Shown here one piece after another: positions 38,550 through 52,039 of a stretch of DNA of 64,000 nucleotides. Positions within the stretch are counted from its first letter, which is position 1; each line of letters begins with the position of its first letter. The translations under genes were made by a program, and so were the position numbers. The notes under the pieces are model-generated. The model did no database searches, had not been told where the DNA came from, and saw only the letters and a list, made by a program, of their open reading frames with translations. Source of the DNA: Octopus sinensis. Lineage: Eukaryota. The stretch is from the NCBI RefSeq assembly GCF_006345805.1, contig NC_042998.1, positions 41,726,001 to 41,790,000 on the forward strand. Direction: 5' to 3'.

Positions 38550-40082
38550 AATATCAGTTTCAAATTTTGGTACAAGGCCAGCAATTTCAGGGTAGTGGGT
38601 AAGTCGATTATATTGACCCCAGTGTTCAACTGGTACCTATTTTATTGACCCTGAAAGGATGAACAGCAAAGTTGACCTTGGTGGAATTTGAACTCAGAAT
38701 ATCAAGACAACAGAATTCTGCAAAGTATTTTTGCCTGGTGTGCTAACGATTCTGCCAGCTCACTGCCCTAGTTAGTCTGGTTCACATGGGATAGATTTGA
38801 GCCACCAACCTATGGATATGGATAACTATGCTCTATCAACTGAGCCACCATGAGAACCTTGTTTCCTAAATATCATTTACAGTTGGTTAAACAAAATCAA
38901 ATAGAGCTAAATTCCTTGAAGAATCATGTATTTTGTTCTTATATTGCAATAGAAATTAGCAGTGGTGAAATGGTAGAAAAATGTATATAATGAAATTTGA
39001 CTGAAGAAGATGACAAAAAAAAAATAATAAAAAGAAAACATAACGGAAAAAAAGTTCTTTTATAAATAAAACAGTACTCCTTAGTATCATTTGAAGATAA
39101 TATAAAACAAATAAATGGAAGCTGTATTATTTATGAAAATACAAGTAGCATGAGGTTTTGTAGCTACATCAATGAGAAAGAAAAACAGATGGCATAAAAT
39201 ATGAATATCCAGGAATACAAAATGATACACCTTTGCGAAGTAAATAACTCTGAGTGCTAATATATGTGCCAAAACATGACCTAATATATGTTGATATCTT
39301 AACAGCTCTCTTAAATAAGGTGAATGTCAGCAATAAATAAAAAAAGACAAACTTTGCCTAAATATTGGTTTCAAATTTTGGCACAAGGCCAGCCATTTTG
39401 GGAATGGGGCCAAGTTGATTAAATTGCTCCCAGTGCTCAACTAGTACTTATTTTATCAATCCTGAAAGGATGAAAGGCAAAGTCAATCACGGTGGAATTT
39501 TGAACTCAGAATGTAAAGATAAATGAAATTCCATTAACCATTTTGTTCTGTATGCTAATGATTCTGTCAGCATGCCACCTTACTTTGCCTAAATAGTGAA
39601 TAAATAAGAAAAGAATTCATGGATGGAAGGAGGATCCTAAAACAAATGAAAAAGAAATAAGAATATTTCCTTCCTTATGGTGTATAGTCGTGTCATATCT
39701 TTAAATGGTTTCAACTTTTGGTACAAGGCCAGCAATGTTAAGAAGAGGGATAAGTCAGATTCATTGACACCCTTTCCTCACCAATGCTGAACTGAAAGGA
39801 TGAAAAGTAGAGTCAACCCTAGCTGAATTTGAACATAGAATGTAATGAGTCAGAAGAAATACTTATTTCTTTACTTCCCATAGAGGGGACAAACAAGGAT
39901 AGACAAACAGATTAAGTCGATGATATCGACCCCAGTGTGTAACTGGTACTTATTTACTTGACCCCGAAAGGATGAATGGCAAAGTTGACCTCGGCGGAAT
40001 TTGAACTCAGAACGTAGCAGCAGACGAAATACCACTGAGCATTTCGCCCAGCGTGCTAATGTTTCTGCCAGCTTGCAGCCTT
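38550..40082 (-). mobile_element. Cluster of SINE family B copies (about 38550-38770, 39362-39582, 39705-39860, 39870-40082)
   Basis: Repeated gaaaggatgaaaggcaaagt..gaatttgaactcagaa..gctaa..tctgccagc, all in the same orientation. Confidence 0.82.
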
Positions 40083-40330
40083 TGAATCAGAAGAAATACT
40101 GTGAAGCATTTTGTCAGATGTGCCAACAATTCTAACAGCTTGCTTCTTTGTATTGCATTTTAGATAATCAATTATTAAAATAATTTAATTCAATCCAGCA
40201 ACACTTGGTTAATTTTCCTTAGAGGGGAAAAGAAAAGAAAAAAAAATGAATATTTATTTGAAGAACTTGTATTTTTGTAATGGATAATATATTTAATGAC
40301 TAATAGTTTATCAATGCAATGATGAAACAT

Positions 40331-40480
40331 AAATTTGAGAATGGTGCTCTATGGTAAAGATTTTATCACAAGTGAGATAAAATATTTCTACATTGTTGAC
40401 CACTTTAAGTTGGTCAACAGTAGAAATAGTTTATCTCACTTGTGATAAAATTTTTGCCACAGTACTCCATTCTCTAATTT
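40331..40480. repeat. 150-bp foldback (MITE-like hairpin)
   Basis: Arms ..ttttatcacaagtgagataaa..tgttgacca / tggtcaaca..tttatctcacttgtgataaaa.. Confidence 0.75.
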
Positions 40481-43400
40481 AGGGTTTCTTCTTAGGAATA
40501 TGAAAGAGTGGGTTACATAGCACCTGGAAGACTATAGTCTCACTGAATACAATTCTAGATTTGCTTCTGTTCTTCATTCCTATCAGCGATATTAACTCCA
40601 GTATTAATTAGTTGATCATCTTTTTACTTGCAGCTAACTTTAAAAATTTTATAAAAAACATAAAGATATTTTCTTTTGATTTACTCATGCATGGCACCCT
40701 CTCAGGCTGCATGGCAACAGCTGCAAGGACAATGATGATGACAGTGATGATGTTGGTGAAGATGGTAGTGAAGTGAGGGGTGAAGGTGGAGGAGATGGAG
40801 AAAAAGCAAATGAGTATGGGAGGAGGAGGAGGAGGAGAAGAACAACAACAACAGCAACAAGATGATGAAAAAGAAGATTAAAATCATTTCTTTCCACAAT
40901 ACTCATTTATTACAAAGTCTTATCTACTGGTGATGCTAAAGGAATGTGAAAAGATTTGTATAATAAAGATAAGGCCAGTTTCCTTAGAGCTGCTCATGAA
41001 GAACACATGGAGACACTCAACAACAACAGTAAATTTAAAATGAGTGGTTTTCAAGTGATTATGCAAATAACTTGTATTTTTGCAAGAGTTAATTGATTTA
41101 ATGTCTCGTGGTTTGGTCGACAGTATAGTTGATGTTTACAAATATAGTTATTATAAATTGAGAAACCTAAGAATGAGTACATCTCAGTCAACTCCTTTTC
41201 TCCATGCAAACTTTGAATAATTGTTTTAGATAATGACGATTTCAACTATTAAAGCTGCACTAAGCAAGCTAAGATTTTCAGAACCCTCAAAATAAGACAC
41301 GTCCTACTTGTTGACTTTTTGGAAATCTTACTTGTTTACCAAAAATGGGTTTTGCGGCCTTAAATATCCTTTATGAACTGGCGTAGTTGAAATCAGTAGA
41401 AATTTATTGTGCAAGCAGAATAGATATTTTGAAAAAATACTTAAAATTAAACTCTTTTGATGGGAGTATTTTATATATATATATATATATATTTGTATAT
41501 ATATATATATATTCCTGGGATTGTGAATAACATTTCAAGAAAAGAGGTTAATAGAATAGTACCAGGTTTAAAAAGAAGTACTGGAGTCAATGTGTTTCAC
41601 TAAAACCTTTCAAAGGGCAGTGCCCCAGCACGGTTGCAGTCCAATGACCCAAACAATTAAAAGAAAGATAGAAAATAACCTGAATATTCTGAAAAAAAAG
41701 TTACAAAAATATTGAAGTTTCAAAAGAAACCATAATTTGAAAAAACCTGTCATGAAATTCTAAGAGTAAAATGACTTAGTAGTGTTGAATTAAAGCTCCA
41801 TCAATCATCTTTGTATAAAAACTAAGAAACATTAAACTTCACATCTGAAGTAATGAACAAAACATTTTTTTTTTTATCAGGAGCTGAAAACATACCATCG
41901 CTGAAGCACAAGAAAATATTTGTAATTTTTTTTTTCTTTTGTGCTCAGAAGAGAAGGACAGTTCTTGTAACTCTTCACAGAGCTTCTGAAAGTGGTAGGA
42001 GGAAATTATTCTCAAACTGGAGGATATTCTGCTTTCAATAAAGTATGTAAAAAGCTGGAGCTAATACTGCATGACATCTAGCCAAAGTTCTTACAGTTCA
42101 GCCAGTTCACTACCTCAGATGGATACTTTTATTATCAACCCCAAAAGAATGAAATGCACAATTGACCTTGGTTTGATGCAAATGCACAATGCAGAGAGTC
42201 AGAGCAAATATCACGAGGAACTCTATTTGATGCTCCAACCATTCTGTCAATTCACTATTTATTAATGAAATGTAAATGAAAGGATATATAAGGTAAAAAT
42301 CAGTGTTGCTCCTATTCATGTTATAGAAACCTTAGTAAAAGTAATGCCAAGCTGTACAAGGAAGTTGTTGTGAAGTTACAGGCCTGTTTTATTTAGCAGA
42401 CCTCTGATCACAGGCATTCCAACCATGATCATCCTGTTCTTTTCTTATGTGTGGGGAAAGACACTCACAGTATCTGATGTGTCCTTTTCTAAGTCAATGA
42501 AATGTGATGTGAAGGAGATTTGTCCACTATTATTATTAGGTCAAAAGACTACACAGAATCTTCTTCATTGACTTGTGCATAAGGAAGTATTATATATTAG
42601 TTGATACTTGCAAAAAAAAAAGGTATACATTTCCAAGCTTACAGCTTACTAAGGTATACAGAAAATGTATATCTTGTAATCTATAGAATAAAGTAAAAAA
42701 TGAGCCTCAAATTTGGTAGAAGAAATAATTAGTGGTTTAAAAATATGTTAGTGGTATAATTTCTTAATCTATAATAACATAGAAAAGCTGATATTGAATG
42801 ATGTGAAAAACTGATATTGAATGGTATAAAAAACTGAATATGATATTTTCAAATGAATCAATAGTTCTGGTGTATAATAGAGATGAACTTGTTTTCAGTG
42901 ATTTTTTATGCTTTCTTTTTCTTTTCTGATTTCATTTTAAAGTATCAAAACTTCTCATTATTCAGATAAAAGTATTGGACAAGAATGATCAGATTTGCTT
43001 TCCATGTTTACTTGTTATTTGGTTGATGTATGTGAAATAATACAGTAATATGATGGTTTTCAAGTCAGTAAAAATCAGTGTGTTTATGAGAGATAACTAT
43101 AATATTGTAGGACAGCAGTATTTAACTTAAAGTGATTAGTTAACAAAATTTATGATTCACATGGAGAATATTTTGAATCAAAATTGAATACTGACATAAT
43201 TTGAATTGACTTCCAATGGAAAAAAACATACGAGTATAATACTTTCATTTTGAATTAGTAACATCAGAAGGTGGGATTGAGAAATTTAAATTTTTGGTGC
43301 AATATATAAATTACACAAGTTAAACTGGAAAATTGCCAGCTTGAATTTAGGTGAATAATGTTAGTATAGCACAGATACAAAACATATGTTTATAGTTCTG

Positions 43401-43969
43401 AGATAATGAGGTTAGAACAGAGCAGGATAGGTGTTTAGCTATCAAATTATTTCTGTGAACAAATGGTTTTTTCTTCTTTTTCTCATCAAGTTTCAATTAA
43501 GGCAGAAGAAAATATTTTTCTCTTGAGCTATATGAGGATTATAAAATTATAGATAAAAAAAGTGTTTTGTACAAAAGTACACATAGGGAATATGATGTAT
43601 GGAATTTGAAGTGCTTGGTTAAATAGTTATATTATTTCCTAATTTTTTGAAAGAAATACAAGCCAACATTCCATCTGTATTAGTGTTGATTATATTTACT
43701 ATATAGTAAAGAATGAGTAAAAAGAAGGATAAAGCTAGAAGAATGAAAAACCAAAAAAAAAAAAAATGTAGATTACATACAGATATAAAGATAAATAAAC
43801 GACATATAGTTTATATATACTACATACTATATGTAAGATGAATTGTTAACACATGCACACACATTCATATATAAAAACATATATATATATATACTTTTAC
43901 TGATGAGATGCAGTGCACCTGAGTACTGTTTACAATAAGTTCAACATTTCCACCATCATTATTATTATT

Positions 43970-44003
<34 letters not shown>

Positions 44004-44005
<2 letters not shown>

Positions 44006-44374
44006 TGAAAGAATGGAGTTGAACGATGATTTAACAAAATTCCTTTATTCTCGACACATGTTTTGAAGACTGCATATTCTCAATTCCGAAGGAATAAAGG
44101 GTGCATTATGCCGTCTTCTCATCAGGAAAGACAAGGAACTTATGTCAGCATCAAGACGAACAAAAACTTTTAGATGACTGCCACACGGAGTCCATAGCAG
44201 TCATCTAAAAGTTTTTGTTCGTCTTGATGCTGACATATGTTCCTTGTCTTTCCTGATGAGAAGACGGCATAATGCACCCTTTATTCCTTCGGAATTGAGA
44301 ATATGCAGTCTTCGAAACATGTGTCGAGAATAAAGGAATTTTGTTAAATCGTCGTTCGACTCCATTCTTTCATT
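44004..44374. repeat. Near-perfect inverted repeat with 178-bp arms and a 15-nt loop (Penelope-like terminus plus inverted copy)
   Basis: Arms 44004-44181 and 44197-44374; 4 mismatches counted by eye. Confidence 0.92.
44240..44338 (+). ncRNA. Type I hammerhead ribozyme with canonical core
   Basis: ttccttgtctttc CTGATGA gaagac..gtcttc GAAAC atgt GTC gagaataaaggaa. G10.1-C11.1 pair, 6-bp stem II extendable to ~11 bp, GUC site after 44325, interrupted stem I. Confidence 0.78.
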
Positions 44375-44544
44375 TATCTATAGTAAAAAAACACACAAAT
44401 TTCCACATGAAAGCACGTGATTTCTGCCCTTGGCATGTAGCTTCAACCGTGCTTTCTGACGTAAATTTGCTACCGGGTATCGGTTAACCGAATTATCCAT
44501 ACTAGGATAATTCATTCAACTACTTAAACATTTATATATATATA

Positions 44545-44592
<48 letters not shown>

Positions 44593-44611
44593 ATATATGT
44601 ATATATGTATA

Positions 44612-44993
44612 TCTCTCTCTATATAAACGGCAGTTTGTCTGTGCGTTTTCTGTGTGTCTGTTTTCTCGTACCCTCACTCTGACCACGGCTTCAACCGATT
44701 CTGATGAAACTTGACACACACATAGCCCAATGTCATAATTCAAAACTAACGCAGCGAAAATTTTGAAAAGTTCCCCCAGTTCTGAAAAAAATCGATAAAT
44801 TCGACATGGGGTCGAGAATCAGAAACCCAAACCACAGACCGTCTAGGGGACGCAACTCCACCTTTTTTAACTCTCAAAAAAAAATTTACCATCATTTTTT
44901 TTCCATTTTTTTGCTATTTTTTGGCTATAACTCTAAAAATGCTTTATAGTTATTTCCCTTACAAACCTGAGCAACGCCGGGCGATACTGCTAG
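44612..44993 (+). mobile_element. Non-autonomous Helitron (HINE-like)
   Basis: A|TC start, sub-terminal GC-rich hairpin cctgagcaacgccggg, CTAG|T end, no TSD. Confidence 0.8.
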
Positions 44994-45109
44994 TATGTAT
45001 ATATAATAGAAATATTAAAATTACTAAGTCTACATCGTATGGCGATAACTATTATGTATATATATATATATATATATAGATATAGATATATGTATATACA
45101 TACTCTCTT

Positions 45110-45690
45110 CCTTCAGGGGAAACACTCACAGCATCTAATAATATCAGAGACCTAGGAGTAATTGTTGACAACGATCTTAGCTGGAGTACCCACATCAACA
45201 ATAAGGGCAATGTAGCTCATAGGATGAACTCCTGGATCCTAAGAATCTTCTAGTCCAGAGAACAAGGTGTCATCATTCCTCTTTTCTGCTCCTTTCTATG
45301 GCCACATCTCGAATACTGCTGCCCTTCCATGGTCTCTCCATACAAAACAAAACATTCTGAAAATTGAATCACCCCAGAGGACATTCACTAAAAGAATTAA
45401 GGACATGACTAGGACAATGGGCCATATGTCCCCAACCCAATCCAGGATCACAACACATAAATACACTGCAACACAATTTCTTTTCCTCAACCGGCTCTGC
45501 CCTATTTAACATTGTATTGAAACAGTTCAAAGAGGAAAAGGATCCCATCACCTTTAAACAGAATCTGGACAAATTTCTTTAAGGAATACCAGATAAGCCA
45601 CCTATACCTGGATACAACTCACTCAACAAGAACTCCCCACTTGAATGGACCATGATACTACAAAACTTGGCTTAAAAAGGATTTAGCTAA
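45110..45690 (+). mobile_element. CR1/Jockey-group LINE 3' fragment
   Basis: RDLGVIVDNDLSWSTHI, HLEYCCP-like and KIESPQRTFTKRI peptides, frameshifted. Confidence 0.8.
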
Positions 45691-45767
45691 TCCTATCAGG
45701 TGGTGCTATTAAGTTAGACATGCCCAATCTTTGGTTGAAACATATCTAAGTAACTTATCTAATCTAT

Positions 45768-45796
<29 letters not shown>

Positions 45797-45798
<2 letters not shown>

Positions 45799-46200
45799 CA
45801 GGCATGGCTATGTGACTGTGTGGTAAGAAGCTTGCTTCCTAATCATATGGTTCCGGGTTCAGTTCCAGTGTGCGGCATCTTGGGCAAATGTCTACTATAG
45901 CCTTGGGCCAACCAAAGCCTTGTGAGTGGTATTAGTAAACAGAAACTGAAAGAAGCCAGTCATATATATATGTATATATACATCTATGTGTGTGTGTCTG
46001 TGTTTGTCCCCCACCACCACTTGACAACTGGTCTTGGTGTGGTTACGTACCTGTAACTTAGCAGTTTGGCAAAAGAGACTGACAGAATATGTACTAGGCT
46101 TAAAAAAGTACTGGGGTTGATTCATTTGACTAAAATTTCTTCAAAGCAATGTCTCAGCATGGCCACGGTCCACTGACTGGAACAAGTATAAGGTAAAAGA
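45797..46200 (+). mobile_element. SINE family A, full length
   Basis: Head to tail, inserted next to (TG)n. Confidence 0.85.
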
Positions 46201-46734
46201 TCGGAAGGCAGAAAATATGTATGCTCTACAAGAATTAAAGAGATGTAAATTTTTTTATTTTTACTCGCTTATTTCCATCTTCAGTGTAGTATTTCAATTG
46301 TAAATTTGAAAGTACTAATAATTAAATATGTATTCGACCCAGCAACATCGAATAGCTAATATCCAAAAACCAGCACTTCCGAATTTATACAGATGAGTGA
46401 GAACATGCATTCTTCCCCAATCACTCACGCGTGTTACGAGCAATCCCGCAGAAAACGCAGTTTACTATCAGGGAGTGAATTATATTTTCGATAATAATAA
46501 AGGGTAAAATCAATTAATTAATTAATAATTAATAATTTTACTGAGTAGTTTGGTATGTTAAATGAACCTTTATCGGTAACCTTATACAAAAATTCTATAA
46601 TTATAAGCATAATTATAATTAGGATTCAGCAAATTGCTTCACCACATACCGAAATTTAGAAATAGCAGTTAAATACTATTCCTCTACCATAAGATATCTC
46701 CTGGACGGCAATACTCTTAATTCACATAGGTAAA

Positions 46735-47050
46735 AAGCACCACCTGAGTGTGATTGTTGCCAGTGCCACCTGACTGGCTCCTGTGCTGGTGGTATATAAA
46801 AAGCACCATTCAAGCGTGGTCGATGCCAGTGCCACCCAACTGGACCTTACACTGGTGGCACATAAAAAGTACCCACTACACTCTCAGAGTGGTCGGCATT
46901 AGGAAAGGCACCCAGCTGTAGGAATTTTGCCAGTTCAGATTGGAGCCTGGTGCAGCCTTCTGGCTTGCCAGCCCTCAGTCAAACCGTCCGACCCATGCCA
47001 GCATGGAAAGCAGATGCTAAATGATGACAACGACGACGATGATGATGATA
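46735..47050 (+). mobile_element. RTE 3' UTR fragment
   Basis: Same modules and (GAT)n tail as 33040-33545. Confidence 0.8.
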
Positions 47051-48489
47051 TATGTATATATATATATTTGCATTTTTTCTTAATTTCATAGATGTAGCTT
47101 ATTTTCAACCTCAGCTCACAATGGTAGAGCTATATCAAAGTGTAAAAGCGAATTATACACACAAAAAACCCAAAATATATTTTTAAAAAAAGCAGCCAGA
47201 GGCATACCATTCATTATGGAAATGTTGCATTTATGAAAATCTTTCCGTAATGTGAAATTCCAGAACGCAAAAGCACCCTTGACTTGCATGTGACATGTTA
47301 ATCAACAGGAAATATATTTTGCGTTACAGAATTCCATGTTACATGAAGATTTTCAGGAATGCAATGTGGGGGATATCTGTACTGACAGCTACCACTCTAG
47401 TCCTTTTAACATACACAGACTACATACCTGTTTCTTCATAGCCTCATAATTTTAATGTAAATATATTATTTATTCACGAGATGTATTAATTCAATTTCCT
47501 AATAATGATGTTGATTATTTAGCAAAGTGATTCTGACAATGATATCACTGGAAGGCTGCTTGTGAAGTATGTGCGAGTGGGTAGCTGACTATCCTAGGAA
47601 CCCTATAGTTTATCCTCTTCTTGTGATTCAGGTATTTTCAAGCAAAGCATTTTGCCATTTATGGAGCTATCTTATTTTTTATTCATTTACTTATTTATTT
47701 TAGTTTAATTCTACAGATTTCTTTCTTTTTTTTTTAATTAACAAGTAAGTTGAATGTTTATATATATTTTAGAAATATATAAAATCATCATAAGAAAAAA
47801 ATGTTGTTTGAATAGGTAGGTTGAGCAAGAAGGCTACTGAGAAAGTAAGTGACTATGAAATGCTGAATACACTTCGTAAATCAAAAGGATGTGTTGAAGC
47901 TTAAATAGGCTACCAGGTGGGATAGTTTGGATGTTGAAGTTATTCTGTGTAAAGGAGAAAACTGGGGAGTTATAGACTTAGGATGAAAATGGGAAGGGGA
48001 AATGTAGGCCAACTTTAAAAAGAAGAAAATGAAGCAAGTGGAGTAAACAGAGCAACATAGATAGATAGTGTCTCTATAATACATAAATACATACACATAC
48101 ACACACTCGCACACATACATGCAAAATCAAATAAATGCATGCACATACACATAAACCAGCCTCCACACACAAATACACTAACAAATACACAAATACACTA
48201 ACACACACTCACATAGACATGCACAAATACTCATAAATATGTATAACTATATTCATGTGATTTTTTCACAGGCATGAAGTACAAGAGTCAAACATCAAAT
48301 AACTGCTATTCCACTTGACTTTTAACATCAGAACTATGGTCTAATAGGTAATTTGCTTTACTGAACTCATTGAAGAGAGAAAAAGCGTAGCAGCATTCAT
48401 CCTTTTCCCAAAACCACAAGTAGTGTATAAATAAAGTGCAACACTTTCAACTAGGAATCAATACAGTGTTATGGAATAAACACATGCAT

Positions 48490-48715
48490 GCACATAGTGA
48501 TGATGATGATGGTGGTGGTGGTGGTGTTGGTGTTGGTGAAGATGGTGACAACGATAACAATGATGTTGATGATGATGATGGTGGTGGTTGTGGTGGTGGT
48601 GGTGATGATGATGATGATGATGACAATAATGATGACAATGGTGATGTCAATGGTGATGACAATTACAACAATGACAGTGATGATAATGATGATGATGATG
48701 ATGATGACAATTTCT
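48490..48715. repeat. (GAT/GGT/GAC)n trinucleotide microsatellite
   Basis: Direct inspection. Confidence 0.9.
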
Positions 48716-48944
48716 AATTTAGGTATAAGTTCAATAATTTTGAAGGAAAAGGTCAGTTGATGAGATTTAGCCTCAGTACACTGGAGTTAGATTTTATCAA
48801 CCACACCCATGGAAGGATGAAAAACAACATTGACCTAGGAAAAATTTAAACTCTAAAGGTAAAGAACAGAAACAAATATTGCATGGTATTTTGTCCTGTG
48901 CTCTAATCAAAGGAGGCAGAAACACTTTCGCACATACATATACA

Positions 48945-49437
48945 AATCGAAATCGAAATCAAATTCGATGACTGGCATCCATGCCAGTGGAGCACTAAGA
49001 GTACCATACGAGCATGATTGTTGCCAGAGCAACAAACTGGCCTCCGTGCTGGTGGCATGTATAAAGTACCATTCGAGTGTGATCGTTACCTGCGCTGCCT
49101 TACTGGCACTTGTGCTGGTGGCACGTGAAAAAACATTCAAGCAAGGTCGTTGCCAGTGCTGCTGGACTGGCTCCTGTGCAGGTGGCACATAAAAAGCACC
49201 ATTTGGGCATGGCCGTTGCCAGTACCGCCTGACTGGCCCTCGTGCCGGTGGCACGTAAAAGCACCCACTAACTCTCGGAGTGTTAGGCATTAGAAAGGGC
49301 ATCCAGCTGTAGAAACTCTGCCAGATCAGATGGGAGTCTGGTGCAGCCATCTGGTTCGCCAGACTTCAGTCAAATCGTCCAACCCATGCTAGCATGGAAA
49401 GCAGACGTTAAACAATGATGATGATGATGATGATGAT
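48945..49437 (+). mobile_element. RTE 3' UTR fragment
   Basis: aaatcgaaatcg start, modular hairpin units, CCATGCTAGCATGG and (GAT)n tail. Confidence 0.85.
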
Positions 49438-49921
49438 ATACGATTATGTGAACATTGTTAAAAAATAATTGTTCGAAAACAATTATTCGAAAAACATTTA
49501 TTCAAATGGAAAATTGTATGAATGAAAATTATTCAAAAAGACAATTATACGAAATGCTAATTATTCTAAATTTTTTATTTTATTTAAACAAAAATGATAA
49601 AATTAAAAATCAAGAACACAAATGATATTTAGTTCAAATAACTGTTTTTCGAATAATTGTTTTCGAACAATTTTCATGATACGACATATACACATGACAG
49701 AACTTCTGCTGACCAAATTCACCCACAAGGCTATGGCTGGCCAAAGGTTATAGTATAAGGCTTTCCCAAGGTACCATGTAGTGGGATTGAACTCAAAACC
49801 ATGTAGTTGGGAAGCAAGCCTCTTACCCACACAGCCATTCTTATGCTTGAATCTGCCAATCCAAAACTACTACTACTACTAGCTCCTCAACCCAGCCATG
49901 CCTATGCTTGAATTTGTCAAT

Positions 49922-49970
<49 letters not shown>

Positions 49971-50419
49971 AAAGTCACAAAACTACAGTATTCATCTACA
50001 CAAGAAGTTTTCCCATGTAAACTAGTTTTGTGGCCTTTGATAGTACATTCATATTAAGTAACATATATCAAATGCTATTCTGGACCAATACTGCTTCCAT
50101 TGCTAATAATGAATAATGAATTTTGTTAATCACTATTTTTCTATATTAGTAGAAGCTAAATTTGTCAAAGCATGCAGTTGAGAGTGGATACTTGCTACTG
50201 ATGACATGCAAAGACAGACATTATGATTTAACAATTCTACCACGATTGCTGGATGCTTTTGTCTGGTGCTGACAAACATCTGAACTTATTTAGCATCATA
50301 AATCTGTACAAGAAGCTTTCTCAAAATGAATACTGTAGTTTGTAGCTTTCAGCAGCATATCCACATTAAGTTGGATATACTGACTTCTACTTTGAACCAG
50401 TACTGCTTCTATTACTAAT

Positions 50420-52000
50420 CATCATCATCATCATCGTCGTTTAACGTCCGTTCTCCATGCTAGCATGGGTTGGACGGTTCGACCGGGGTTCTGGGAAGCC
50501 AGAAGGCTGCACCAGGCTCCAGTCTAATTTGGCAATGTTTCTACAGCTGGATGCCCTTCCTAACGCCAACCACTCCGTGAGTGTAGTGGGTGCTTTTTAC
50601 GTGCCACCTGCACAGGTGCCAGCGGGGGCTGGCAACGGCCACGGTCAGATTGGTGTATTTTATGTGCCACCGGCACGGAAGCCAGTCGAGGCGGTGCTGG
50701 CATCGGCCACGAGTCGGATAGTGCTTTTTACGTACCACCAGACCAGGGATCCTGGCTGGTTCAATTCGATTTCGATTTCGCTTGCCCCAACATGTCTTCA
50801 CAAGCAAAGGGGGTTGGCAAGGTGCCTGTCGTAGGTCGCATTGGAGTATTTTACGTGCCACGGCCACGAGTCGGATAGTGCTTTTTACGTACCACACCAG
50901 ACCAGGGATCCTGGCTGGTTCAATTCGATTTCGATTTCGCTTGCCCCAACATGTCTTCACAAGCAAAGGGGGTTGGCATGGGTGCCTGTCGTACGGTCGC
51001 ATTGGAGTATTTTACGTGCCACGGCCCCGAGTTGATAGTGCTTTTTACGTACCACCAGGCCAGGGATCCTGGCTGGTTCAATTCGGTTTCGATTTCGATT
51101 TCGATTTCGCTTGCCCCAACATGTCTTCGCAAGCATGGGGGGTTGGGATGGGTGTCTGTCGTTGGATGAGGTTCTATATCGACTTCGCTTGCCTCAACTG
51201 GTCTTTGTGTCCAAGGGAGGAAAGGCATTCATAAGTGGGCTGGGCTCACTTGTCCTGCCTGGTCTTCTCACGTACAGAATATTTCCAAAGGTCTCGGTCT
51301 CTGGTCATTTCCTCAGTGAGGCCTAAAGTTCGAAGGTCGTGCTTCACCACCTCGTCCAGGTTTTCCTGGGTCTAACCTCTTCCACGGGTTCCTCAACTGC
51401 TAGGGATTGGCACTTTCTCACACACCTATCTTCATCCATTCTCGCCACATGACCATACCAGCGCAATCGTCTCTCTTGCACACCACAACTGATGCTTCTT
51501 AGGTACAACATTTCTCTCAAGGTGGCTAACGCTCTGTCGAGTATGTACACTGACATTACACATCCATCGGAGCATACTGGCTTCATTCCTCACGAGCTTA
51601 CGCATGTCCTCAGCAGTCACAGCCCATGTTTCGCTGCCATGTAGCATGGCTGTTCGTACACACCATCATACAGTCTGCCTTTTACTCTGAGCGAGAGGCC
51701 TTTAGTCACCAGCAGAGGTAAGCTGCTCCCTAAACTTTGCCCAGGCTATTCTTATTCTAGCAGTTACACTTTCAGCGCACCCACCCCCACTACTGACTTG
51801 GTCACCTAGATAACGGAAGCTATCAACTACTTCTAGTTTTTCCCCCTGGAAAGTGACGGAAGTTGTTTTCTGCAGATTTTCGGAGGTTAATGCTCCGAGC
51901 ATCTGCCACATACAAAAACTATCTTCCAGTTAGCCTACCTTTGACATTGCTGCACCTCTTATGTGTCCATAGCTTACACTGGTACATCTTATATATATAT
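50420..52000 (-). mobile_element. RTE-clade LINE, 5'-truncated: ORF2 C-terminus, 3' UTR with internal triplication and (GAT)n tail
   Basis: Peptides FRYLGDQVSSGGGC, RIAWAKFRE, MLHGSETWA, LRWYGHVARMDED; tail at 50420-50440. Confidence 0.92.
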
Positions 52001-52008
52001 ATAATATA

Positions 52009-52039
<31 letters not shown>

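Noticed and set aside
44701-44710. CTGATGAAAC as another hammerhead
   Set aside because: The two core motifs overlap with no stem II; it is part of the Helitron body.
48436-48760. Poly-Asp/Gly ORF
   Set aside because: Trinucleotide microsatellite with no splice or homology support.
50457-51326. Overlapping 100-150 aa ORFs with repeated peptides
   Set aside because: By-products of the GC-rich triplicated RTE 3' UTR.
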